NCBI GenBank assembly: GCA_964447495.1
Contig: CAYUTF010000002.1
Coordinates: 37,288 to 101,287 of the forward strand
Source: an uncultured archaeon
Lineage (GTDB): Archaea > Asgardarchaeota > Lokiarchaeia > Sigyniarchaeales > SOKP01
Direction of reading: 5' to 3'
DNA length: 64,000 nucleotides
A program made the translations under genes and the position numbers. The notes under the pieces were generated by a model, which had not been told where the DNA came from, did no database searches, and worked only from the letters and a program-made list of their open reading frames with translations. Shown piece after piece: positions 9,327-18,821 of this stretch (its first letter is position 1; the number at the start of each line of letters is the position of its first letter).

Positions 9327-10277
9327 TTAGAATTTTTTAGAAATTTCCATTAATTTTGTGTCTAATTTGGTTACTTCTTCATCCCATTCGGATAAAATAG
9401 CCTCCACTTGGGGAATAATCTCTGTTCTTTCTTTATATTCAAGATAATCCATGAATTCTTTGATATTGGCAATTTTTATATAGGTTTCTGCTACAAACTT
9501 TCTAATTTCATGAACTTGATTATTTAATACCTCTGGGACTCTGTGAGATTCGCCTTTTCGAACTAATGTTGTCAAATATTCTTCAGTACCAAGTAATAAA
9601 GCTTTAAATTTAGTCAATTTATCTTGTATATATTTCTCGTATGTTTCAAAGAGATTGTCCTTAGGGAAGTAATTTGTCACATCAATTATGAATTTATGAG
9701 TTTGATTTACCAGTTGCTCCATACTTTCGTATCCTTCGATGCGGTAATCTACAGTATGATAAGATGCTTCAATTCCTCGAGATGTATCATCTAAGCTGAA
9801 TATTTTAAAGCCTGGATCATTTTTAAGAGGTTTTTCTGGATCTCCTTTCTTATCAGGCATTTCTACTTGACGAATTAACCTTTCAGGGTTAAAAACGAGA
9901 GTGAAATACAAAGGATTGGCCGTTTGATGAAAAGCAAGATGTCTAATATCAATATGACTTAACATCACTTTAAATCCGGGATGTGTATGCCACGCTCCAA
10001 CTGTGTATAAGCCCCTTGAAAATGCTTCATCATCAATTAAAGTATATGTAATGTTATCTTCTTCTGACCATTCATATTTATCTATAACAGCATCTTTATC
10101 CAATTTTTCATGCATAATAGGATAAGATTCTTTTATAATGATATCCTCTTCTTTTTTCTCACCAATAAAAACACCATTTACTTCTAACCACACATCTTTT
10201 GAGATTTTTTGATTGGCAAATCGTACAGCTGCGGCCACAATCGTTAGATAAACTTTTTTTGGTATAATTACCGTCAT
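9327..10277 (-). CDS. JAB1/MPN+ (JAMM) metalloprotease-domain protein
   Basis: LEVNGVFIG (catalytic Glu) and GAWHTHPGFKVMLSHID (H-x-H..S..D). Confidence 0.85.
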   Translation of the reverse strand: MTVIIPKKVYLTIVAAAVRFANQKISKDVWLEVNGVFIGEKKEEDIIIKESYPIMHEKLDKDAVIDKYEWSEEDNITYTLIDDEAFSRGLYTVGAWHTHPGFKVMLSHIDIRHLAFHQTANPLYFTLVFNPERLIRQVEMPDKKGDPEKPLKNDPGFKIFSLDDTSRGIEASYHTVDYRIEGYESMEQLVNQTHKFIIDVTNYFPKDNLFETYEKYIQDKLTKFKALLLGTEEYLTTLVRKGESHRVPEVLNNQVHEIRKFVAETYIKIANIKEFMDYLEYKERTEIIPQVEAILSEWDEEVTKLDTKLMEISKKF

Positions 10278-10453
10278 ATTTACATTGTCTAAATACTAAT
10301 ATTATTGATCAAGTTATACTAATCCATATATTTATGTTTTTTTTTGGGAGAAATATAAAATTATTTAAATTCAAAATTTACCATTATATTATTACTTAAA
10401 GTCATATTGAAACTGATTCCAATTAAATAATATTGATTAAATTGTGATTAAAA

Positions 10454-11074
10454 GTGAGCGATAAAGGGTTTGAACCATTAAGCAGTCAGTTAGGGATAGC
10501 AGGAACGTCTTATAGAATTCAATTGGGTCTTATAAATGGACGTTGGGCTTCGCGTTTATTAAAAGGGAATGATGTTATTGATTCTTATGTTTATAAGGAC
10601 GAGGATGTGCAAGGCGAATATCCGAATCAAAATATCATAGTAGGATGGGTCTTAAGAACCGTAGCAATTCCTAATATCAACCCCCATCAAGTAATGAAAA
10701 CAACTCAAGCATTAGTGAAGCAAGCTATAGAAAAGAAAGAACAAAAGAAAGTTATGGCCCCAATATCAGAAACCAAGGATGTTGAATTGGAAAAGGTACC
10801 CGATAGTCAATTGAAGAGATCACAACCCATGGGATGGGTGAAAGATGAAGGTGTAAAATCAGTACAAGAGCTTGAGGACGAAAAACGTGAAGCTTTTAGA
10901 GAAAGGATGAAATACAAACATGTAGAAGAAGAAGCCAAAAGAGTTTCTGCTGTAAAAACTACTCGAGAATTACCTTCAATCCCTAAAATGGGAGGAGTAA
11001 CTTCAAAAACTTGTCCAAGTTGTGGCAAAGATTTAGATTGGAAATTTTGCCCCTATTGTGGGGAAAAATTATAA
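10454..11074 (+). CDS. Zinc-ribbon domain protein
   Basis: C-terminal CPSCG..WKFCPYCG double CxxC; charged linker. Confidence 0.7.
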   Translation: MSDKGFEPLSSQLGIAGTSYRIQLGLINGRWASRLLKGNDVIDSYVYKDEDVQGEYPNQNIIVGWVLRTVAIPNINPHQVMKTTQALVKQAIEKKEQKKVMAPISETKDVELEKVPDSQLKRSQPMGWVKDEGVKSVQELEDEKREAFRERMKYKHVEEEAKRVSAVKTTRELPSIPKMGGVTSKTCPSCGKDLDWKFCPYCGEKL

Positions 11075-11479
11075 ATCTTATCACTATAACTTGATATCTA
11101 CGTTTCTATATAACAGAAAATTAGTTAAATATTAAATTTTATACTCTTTTCTTACAAAAGAAATTTATCCTTGTTTGCCAAATAGATATTGTAGTTTCTG
11201 GTTAAGAGCTTTAACAAGTTAGATTCCATAATTGTAATAAGCATTATATCTGTAAGGTTCCAATTAATAGACATCAAAGTAGATTCTAAAAAATTATTAT
11301 AACTGAATTATTAGTAACAATAATTCAGTTCAATATTATCTTTAATTAATATAAACTTAAAACCAAGATGATATAATTATCATAGAAGGATTTTTGATTA
11401 GTGTATCAAATTAAAATGCATATTATAAATGAGTTAAATTAATATATCTTAAAAATTAACTATATCTAAACTTATCAAA

Positions 11480-12985
11480 TTGAGTGATTTAATAATGGGA
11501 AAGTTTGTTGATGAAAGCACTGTGATAGTTAAGCCATTAGCATATTATAAGATGCTGGTACATGTACTTCGATTTGGTTCAAAAGCAAGGGATTTTAGGC
11601 AGTTTAGCGAAGTAATTGGAATGTTGGTGGGACATTTAGAAGGAGATGGAAAAATCAAAAATGTTATCGTGGAAGATGTAGTACCAATTTCACATGGGGG
11701 TTCTATAGAAGTCAAATTTACTGAAGAACAGTTAGGAGCATTCGGTGAGATTGATCTTCAGATATATAATGAGCATGGTATGAAAAATTGGTTCACAGTA
11801 GGTTGGTATCATTCGCATCCGGGCTTAAATATCTTTTTCTCATCAACTGATGTTTTTAATCAACTATTTTGGCAAGATAAAAATCCTAGTGGAGTAGGAC
11901 TGGTATTCGATCATACATATTTAGAGCGTGAAGGAGACATGGGTTTTCGAGCGTTTAGGTTGGATGATCCTTCGAAAAGTCTTAATTCTGAGTATCATGA
12001 AGTTAAAGCTATTGTAGAACCTCCAAAGGATAAGTCATTCTATTCTAATGTAATCACTTTAATTAATAATATTCAATCAAATCAGCCACCTTTATATGAG
12101 CTAAATGAAACTACAGATCTATTTAGTGAAGTATTTATCCCAGATCAAGAACAATTAGAGATTCGAAAACCTGAATTACATCTTCAGGAATTACTATCTT
12201 CATTAAAATCCGGTATAACTTCCTTTTTAGATTTATCAATGATCCCTCTAATTACGTCTCTTAATGAATGGAGTCAAAGGATTACCAACAAAACATATTA
12301 TAATAACACACAGATGAGAAAAGATTTGGTAAAGTTAAAACAAAATTTAAGTGATAGTCTAAATGATATGCAGAAAACTTTTAATTACACTTTGCAAAAT
12401 AATTTAAGCAAATTAGATGACTACATCTCAGATACATTTGATGAATTTGAAGAGGAACAAGAAAATATTCGGAAAATTTATAGTAATTTTAAAAATCAAA
12501 TCAATTTAGAAAAAGACACTTTATTTAATGAAAAATTAAAGTTTTCTGTTGAACAGATTTCTTTCATGTTTGATAATTGTCAGAAATTAATCTCACAAAT
12601 TGATGAGACTAATTCAAATTGTATCCAAATTTTAGAAAAAAATACTCAAATGATAGAAAGTTTATCGAAAATAATAATGCCCTCAGAAAAAAGAATTACT
12701 GGTAAATTGGATGAAAATAAGCAAAAAACTATAGAAAATTTCAAGAAAAAAATAATAAATCTCGACAATAATATAAGTAATTTAGATAAAGAAGCAAAGA
12801 AAATTATGTCGAACCTCAAGGCAGCTATTTTAGTACTTGAAGGCTCAAAAGACCCTATTTTCAATAAGATTGAAAAATTAGAAAGTGAAAAGAAGAATTT
12901 ACATACAACAATTAAGGACTTAAAAACCGATAAACAAGAACTACTGTCTCAAATTAAAGATTTAAAGAAAGGAGGAGGGAAATAA
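11480..12985 (+). CDS. JAB1/MPN+ domain protein with long C-terminal coiled coil
   Basis: SEVIGMLVG and GWYHSHPGLNIFFSSTD; heptad-rich C-terminal half. Confidence 0.85.
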   Translation: MSDLIMGKFVDESTVIVKPLAYYKMLVHVLRFGSKARDFRQFSEVIGMLVGHLEGDGKIKNVIVEDVVPISHGGSIEVKFTEEQLGAFGEIDLQIYNEHGMKNWFTVGWYHSHPGLNIFFSSTDVFNQLFWQDKNPSGVGLVFDHTYLEREGDMGFRAFRLDDPSKSLNSEYHEVKAIVEPPKDKSFYSNVITLINNIQSNQPPLYELNETTDLFSEVFIPDQEQLEIRKPELHLQELLSSLKSGITSFLDLSMIPLITSLNEWSQRITNKTYYNNTQMRKDLVKLKQNLSDSLNDMQKTFNYTLQNNLSKLDDYISDTFDEFEEEQENIRKIYSNFKNQINLEKDTLFNEKLKFSVEQISFMFDNCQKLISQIDETNSNCIQILEKNTQMIESLSKIIMPSEKRITGKLDENKQKTIENFKKKIINLDNNISNLDKEAKKIMSNLKAAILVLEGSKDPIFNKIEKLESEKKNLHTTIKDLKTDKQELLSQIKDLKKGGGK

Positions 12986-14389
12986 ATGCCTAAAGATTCT
13001 GCTAATAACTTAGATACTGGCTATGAAAATAAAGAAGTAGAAGTCTCAAAAGAGGGAAGAATTACAATTAAATATGATTGTTTTAGAAAGATGATATCTC
13101 ATATTCTTAGATTTGCTAATGAATCTGAAGAAATAAGCCAGCAAGCACTTGGTATTTGTGTTGGCGAATATTTAAGTGAAGATAAGAGTTTCATTATCAA
13201 CGATGCTATTCCAATTACGCATGGTGATATTGTAGAACTGGGATTTTCCCAAGAAATTCATGATACTATAGAAACAATTAAATCGCAATATTCAGAAACA
13301 AACAATAAAATAATAGGGTGGTATCACTCCCATTTAGGATATGGGTTATACTTTTCTAATTCGGATAAAGCAAATAATCAATACTTCCAAAATGACGATA
13401 ATCCTTATGGATTTGGGATTGTGATTGAACAAACATTAATATCAGAGGATCAAAATTTTGGAACTGAAATTTTTAGGTTAAAAGATTTTATTAAAGGCTC
13501 AGAAAGCGATTATGTTAAAGTTCAATTTGAAATTGAATCACCAAATACTTTAAAATACTTTAAATGGGTAAAGGAACTAATTGAATCTGCTCAAAAAAAA
13601 AATACTGCAATCATTCATGAAGTTGATGAGCTCGTGAAACCTTCTCCTGAAGTACTTCAAGAGATCCCCACATCTCCACAAGATGAGCCTGAATCCACAG
13701 AAAAAGAAGGGTTTTCAATACTATATGGAGTAAAAGATGGTATAGAAAAATTTAAGGATGCTTTTCTTAGTGTTTATGAACAAGAACTGAATATATGGAT
13801 GAATGATGTTTCTGAAGATGTATTAAAAGGCTCTGAATATATACGGAGTTCTATAAATAATATTAAAGAAACATTAGCATCAGGTTTAGTGGATGTTCAA
13901 CGCATCTTTAATAGAAGTTTTACCGATATTTCAAATCTTTTTATGAAAAATATAAAAACAAGTGTTGACACACGTTTAACCAATCAAATTGAGCTTAAAA
14001 ATGAAATCGAATCAAACTTTGAAGAGCAATTAAGTTATCTTTTTGAGAATTTAGAAAAAGAAATACGTGATATCACGAATTTAATTGAAGAAAAAATAAC
14101 AACTATTAAAAATGAATTAGATAAGATCACCCAAAATAATAACGTTATTGAACAGTCATTAAATCAGAATAACGAACTTTTGAATAAAGTTTATCAAGAG
14201 TCCGATAAATTATCAAATACAATTATTCAACATATCGAAAATTCGACTAAAGCATTTGAATTAAAATTATTTAATGAAATCGAAGATTTCTCATCGAAAA
14301 TGAATCCAAATAAAGAAACTTATCGTGAAATCGAAGATTTAATTGAAAGACTTCAAAAAGTAATATCAAGTTTAAGACAAGTAAAATAA
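12986..14389 (+). CDS. JAB1/MPN domain protein with coiled coil, catalytic Glu replaced by Gln
   Basis: QQALGICVG at the E-V-x-G position and GWYHSHLGYGLYFSNSD. Starts directly after the previous stop (TAAATG). Confidence 0.8.
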   Translation: MPKDSANNLDTGYENKEVEVSKEGRITIKYDCFRKMISHILRFANESEEISQQALGICVGEYLSEDKSFIINDAIPITHGDIVELGFSQEIHDTIETIKSQYSETNNKIIGWYHSHLGYGLYFSNSDKANNQYFQNDDNPYGFGIVIEQTLISEDQNFGTEIFRLKDFIKGSESDYVKVQFEIESPNTLKYFKWVKELIESAQKKNTAIIHEVDELVKPSPEVLQEIPTSPQDEPESTEKEGFSILYGVKDGIEKFKDAFLSVYEQELNIWMNDVSEDVLKGSEYIRSSINNIKETLASGLVDVQRIFNRSFTDISNLFMKNIKTSVDTRLTNQIELKNEIESNFEEQLSYLFENLEKEIRDITNLIEEKITTIKNELDKITQNNNVIEQSLNQNNELLNKVYQESDKLSNTIIQHIENSTKAFELKLFNEIEDFSSKMNPNKETYREIEDLIERLQKVISSLRQVK

Positions 14390-14428
14390 ACAAAGCTTTT
14401 TTTATATAAAAAGTACTTTTCCTGTAAA

Positions 14429-14743
14429 TTAAGAAAAATCCAGATGAGAAACCATAGAGATATGTAATTTATATTTGGGAATATTAGTTCTTAAGCGTTT
14501 TAATTGATTTCTTTTTGCTACATTACTTAAAATTCGTCCAATTCGATCAACCCTTATATTAATACCGAAGTTTTCTTTTAATACAGAATTAATCTTATAA
14601 GAAGAAAGAATTACCACATTAGATATATTTTTTTCACAAAGCATTTCAATAGCTTGTTTAACAAAATGAACAATATTCTCTCTATCTTGATTTGTTTCCA
14701 TACTCATATTAATAATATTTTTTAAAGTTTTTAAAACTTTCAA
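14429..14743 (-). CDS. Small hypothetical protein, possibly winged-helix
   Basis: 104-aa basic ORF; the true start may be a downstream Met (MSMETNQ). Confidence 0.5.
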   Translation of the reverse strand: MKVLKTLKNIINMSMETNQDRENIVHFVKQAIEMLCEKNISNVVILSSYKINSVLKENFGINIRVDRIGRILSNVAKRNQLKRLRTNIPKYKLHISMVSHLDFS

Positions 14744-14874
14744 ATGAGTAGTTAAATACGAATAATAGTGAGTAAAATTATTTTATATCACTTATTTACT
14801 AATTTATTTAAGAAAAAATTCATTTATAATAAGTCAAAGAATTGAATAAAATTAGTGTTGCTTGGATCTAACAA

Positions 14875-17196
14875 ATGAAAAAAATCAATTTATTATCAAA
14901 AATAAAAGGTTATTTAAAGCCAATCATCAAGAAAATTATTTTTAAGGAGATTTATATTGAGGGCAAAGAACCCCCTAAGTCATTTGCATTTGAGAAACGT
15001 TTTATAGGTATTTATTCGATATTTTTATTCTATTCATTCATCTTATTATTTGCAATTAATTTTCCAGATAATGTCATAATTTATATCGTGACTTTTGGGA
15101 ACCCCTTTGTGTTTGGAAATGCTATTGTGGCATTATTTTTATGCCTCTCAGTACTCTTCAGTAATGATAAAATAAGACACTTTATTTTCGAAGAACATAC
15201 TATGATCAAGCAGATAATTTTATATATTGGATTAACAACTGCGTTTTATTTCATATTTTTATCTCTAATAAATATAAATTTGATGAGTTATCTTCTTGGG
15301 TTATCTACGTTCTGGCTTATATTATTAAGTATTCGATTTTTTATGTATTCTCGCAAATTTGCTACTAAAATAGAAGCGCGTTTTATAGAAAAATATTCAC
15401 TAATGAGAAGGATAGGCGCATTTTTAACACCATATTTTATCTTAGCTCTTTTAGTTTTAATAGCTTTGATGTATCGAGGATTATTAGTCTTTATATCATT
15501 GGATATGTTTGGATCTTATGACCCTACTAGTGCTGTAAACGTATATAACATAGAAATGCGATTAATAATGCCTTTAATTTATTTTAGTTTAATACTTACT
15601 TTACTCTTTATTATTTTTGAATTTGTTTTTACTCGAAAAAAGGCTGAAACTAAAAGGGCAGGCTTATATGATAACTACACATTTTCTCTAATTGTATTAT
15701 TTATCTTTTTCTTTCAGGTTCTACAAGTCACAATTTTTCTTTTATTGAGTCCAGAAACGATATCTACTATAAAGGCCACTGTTAGTTCAACTGGTTCACC
15801 TGTTACTTATATCTTTATATTTGAATTCTTTATTTCAATGTTCTTTCTATATCGTATTGTTAAAAAATTAGGAAAATCAATTGGATGGCAATTATTAATC
15901 TTTAAGAGAGATGGGTTAATTATATTAATTTTAGGGTGTGTTTTTGCTCAAACTTTGAGCCGTTTTTCCTTACAAACCCAAATTCCAAATCAATCCATTA
16001 CGTTATTAGGAAATTTCTTTATGGCTGATAAGTATGTTGTGTCGATAATAATGATTATCTTTCTTGGGTTAACATTGCTGATATATTATCTAAAACCACA
16101 TGAAACTTCAATGTTTATTAGGCTGCAAAAAGAAACTATAAATAGAGAAGAGGAAAGCTTGGATATTATCTATAAATTAATAAAAAGTGAATATATAAGA
16201 AGAGCAGATGCGTATCCTATCGAAATTCTTGAACGAGAATTGATTAAAGCAACAAAATTACCAAAGAATGAAGTATACTCTTTAATTCAAAAACTTACAG
16301 ATGCAAATATGGACGTTTACTTAACTGAAAAAACAGATGATTACGGAATAAAACAAAAAATTATTGATTTTGTGTCTGTCACAGAAAAATTTGACAGTAA
16401 AGGAGTTGCGCAAAAAAAGGCTAAGAAGTTTCTTTCGCAGAGATTATACAAAACTATGGCAAAAAAAAGTCAAACTCATCTTGCATTAAATAATAATTTA
16501 AAATCAGAGAAAGCATCTGATAAATTTCTAAATTCATTAGCAACAGATTTTACTAAAAAACAAAAAGATGATCAAAAAATAAAGCTGAAACAAAATGAAA
16601 CTGAGATCTCATTTATTAGAAAAGATATTCCTGAATCATTGAAGGAGTCAATATTAAGTATTCTTAAAAAAGAATATACTTATCGTATTGAAAATGAAGA
16701 GAAATACCCTAATTTCCTTTTTACAATCTCAGAAATTGCACCTGAAATTCAATTGGAAACGAGGATTAACCCGGGAGAGCTTTATCCTATTTTAGAAAAT
16801 TTAAATCAAACAGATATTGAATTGAAACTTTTAGATAATCCAGAAGAACCAGAAGATAAGATAATTAGCTTTTTTCCTATAGCAGATGATGATTTAACTT
16901 ATGTCATCTCAAGTTTTAGACCTGAAGAATATAATAAAATTAAAATAGAAGTTATAAAGAACTTTATTAAGTATTTAGGACGAAAACGAGTAAAAGCTAC
17001 CCTATCAAAGATAAAAAAGGAGATATCGAATGATACAGAACAGCAAAAACAATGGAATTTTATATATAGAATTTTATTAGATTATTTCTCTAATTTTGCT
17101 GAGCAAATGGAAAAAGAGAAAAAAGGAGGAGATATTTTAAAGGTTTTTAAGGTATTCCCCTTAAAAGATATTGATATTTTTAGTATTGAACTCTAA
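14875..17196 (+). CDS. Polytopic membrane protein with large soluble C-terminal region
   Basis: About 11-12 hydrophobic segments in the first ~410 aa, followed by a charged helical domain. Confidence 0.7.
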   Translation: MKKINLLSKIKGYLKPIIKKIIFKEIYIEGKEPPKSFAFEKRFIGIYSIFLFYSFILLFAINFPDNVIIYIVTFGNPFVFGNAIVALFLCLSVLFSNDKIRHFIFEEHTMIKQIILYIGLTTAFYFIFLSLININLMSYLLGLSTFWLILLSIRFFMYSRKFATKIEARFIEKYSLMRRIGAFLTPYFILALLVLIALMYRGLLVFISLDMFGSYDPTSAVNVYNIEMRLIMPLIYFSLILTLLFIIFEFVFTRKKAETKRAGLYDNYTFSLIVLFIFFFQVLQVTIFLLLSPETISTIKATVSSTGSPVTYIFIFEFFISMFFLYRIVKKLGKSIGWQLLIFKRDGLIILILGCVFAQTLSRFSLQTQIPNQSITLLGNFFMADKYVVSIIMIIFLGLTLLIYYLKPHETSMFIRLQKETINREEESLDIIYKLIKSEYIRRADAYPIEILERELIKATKLPKNEVYSLIQKLTDANMDVYLTEKTDDYGIKQKIIDFVSVTEKFDSKGVAQKKAKKFLSQRLYKTMAKKSQTHLALNNNLKSEKASDKFLNSLATDFTKKQKDDQKIKLKQNETEISFIRKDIPESLKESILSILKKEYTYRIENEEKYPNFLFTISEIAPEIQLETRINPGELYPILENLNQTDIELKLLDNPEEPEDKIISFFPIADDDLTYVISSFRPEEYNKIKIEVIKNFIKYLGRKRVKATLSKIKKEISNDTEQQKQWNFIYRILLDYFSNFAEQMEKEKKGGDILKVFKVFPLKDIDIFSIEL

Positions 17197-17305
17197 TATT
17201 TCCATTAATATCTTAATAAAGTAATTAAAAGCAAAATTCAAGAAAGAAAAATAATTTATCTCTATCAATTTTTTCAGTATGATATGAAATTATCTCGTGG
17301 GATAA

Positions 17306-18577
17306 GTGATTAAAAAGCAATCTTTAAGAGTCTTTACAGGTATTTCTTCATTTCAATTCTTAGCAATGTTTAGAAGAGGCTTATTCTATACGTATCTGTC
17401 TATTTATTTAAGAGATTTCCTACACTTATCCGTTTGGCAGACGACCTTGTATGCCACTCTTCCCATGATTATGAGTGTCATATTTCAAAATTTTGCATGG
17501 GGTCCCTTAAGTGATAAGCTGCAAAAGCGTAGATCTTTTATTTTATTAGGAGAAGTTTTAGCAGGAATAGGTACAACTTTAGTGTGGTTTATACATTCAA
17601 TATTTATTGATTTTTTTGTTGCTGGTTTTGTAATTATTATAGGCTTATCATGTATTGAGATTTTCTGGAGCATGTCAAATATAGGATGGAGCGCCTTAAT
17701 AAGCGATCTTTACCCATTAAAAAAGAGAAGTAAAATCATGGGAGAGTTAACTAGTATTGGTGGTATAGGTCGTATTATTGGTATTTCCATTGGCGGATAT
17801 CTCTATGATAGCGGTTTTGGATTTCGAAATGGGCCCTTGTTCTTTATTGCATCCCTTATAATGTTCTTATCTACTATCCCAATGTTTTTCACACCAGAAG
17901 GAGGGATTAAGATTAGTAGAGATCCAATTTTAGAAGAGAATAATGTGAGTAACAATCATACTAATTACAAGACTATCTTTATCATTTTTATTGTCGCCTT
18001 AATTTTTGTAAATTTTGGCCGAAATTCTATTGCTACAATTTATAGCCAATATTTAATCTTAGATGGCGGGTTTAATGTCGATAGTATATTATTGAGTTAT
18101 ATCGCTAATACTCGATCAGTTGCGGTATTAATAATAGGAGTTAGTGCTGGAGGATTAAGCAAGAGATTTGGAGATTCGAAAACATTCATTTTGGGGATTT
18201 TATTTGCTATTCTCGCACTTCTCATTACTGGATTAACTCCTGAATTACTTTTTATTTTTATTGGGAGTTTTCTAATAGGTACTGCAGAAGTTATCATATC
18301 TGCATCATCATATACTATTGCATCCAACCTTATTCCACCAAAAATTCGCGGTAAATTATTTGGTGTATATAATGCTACTTTCTTCCTTTCTTGGGGCTTA
18401 GCTTGCACCTTAATATCGGGGCCTCTTATAGATTTTTTAATCAATCAAGGGATTAATGAAGTACTTGCCTATCAATCTGCCTTTATTGTAGGGGCATTAA
18501 TAACCTCAATTGGACTTATAATATATATAATTTTAGAAATTTGGCTAAATATTAGAAAGAAAAAGAAAGACCTATAA
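17306..18577 (+). CDS. MFS transporter
   Basis: 12-TM pattern, GPLSDKLQKRR and GGLSKRFGDSK loop motifs, ISDLYP..RSKIMG. Confidence 0.9.
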   Translation: MIKKQSLRVFTGISSFQFLAMFRRGLFYTYLSIYLRDFLHLSVWQTTLYATLPMIMSVIFQNFAWGPLSDKLQKRRSFILLGEVLAGIGTTLVWFIHSIFIDFFVAGFVIIIGLSCIEIFWSMSNIGWSALISDLYPLKKRSKIMGELTSIGGIGRIIGISIGGYLYDSGFGFRNGPLFFIASLIMFLSTIPMFFTPEGGIKISRDPILEENNVSNNHTNYKTIFIIFIVALIFVNFGRNSIATIYSQYLILDGGFNVDSILLSYIANTRSVAVLIIGVSAGGLSKRFGDSKTFILGILFAILALLITGLTPELLFIFIGSFLIGTAEVIISASSYTIASNLIPPKIRGKLFGVYNATFFLSWGLACTLISGPLIDFLINQGINEVLAYQSAFIVGALITSIGLIIYIILEIWLNIRKKKKDL

Positions 18578-18629
18578 CTTAACGAGTAAAATTAGATTAA
18601 ATTAAAAATAGAAATTAAAAAAAATATTA

Positions 18630-18800
18630 TTATTTACAACAATTTTCACACACATACTCATCTAATCGGATATATCCGCAAGTGGGACCCATATAACATT
18701 CAAATGCATTTGATTCCTCATTATAAGTCATAGTGTATCCACAGTGCATGGGTATTGTTTCGCTTACTTTTCCACATTTCGTACATTTTAACTCTGTCAT
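18630..18800 (-). CDS. Small Cys-rich metal-binding protein, 56 aa
   Basis: Hand translation: MTELKCTKCGKVSETIPMHCGYTMTYNEESNAFECYMGPTCGYIRLDEYVCENCCK. GAGGTGA RBS upstream; homologous to the CopA C-terminal tail. Confidence 0.75.
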   Translation of the reverse strand: MTELKCTKCGKVSETIPMHCGYTMTYNEESNAFECYMGPTCGYIRLDEYVCENCCK

Positions 18801-18821
18801 TATTTATCACCTCTCACAATT

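Noticed and set aside
11160-11275. 40-codon minus-strand ORF in the gap before the MPN pair
   Set aside because: No RBS or motif; expected by chance in AT-rich DNA.
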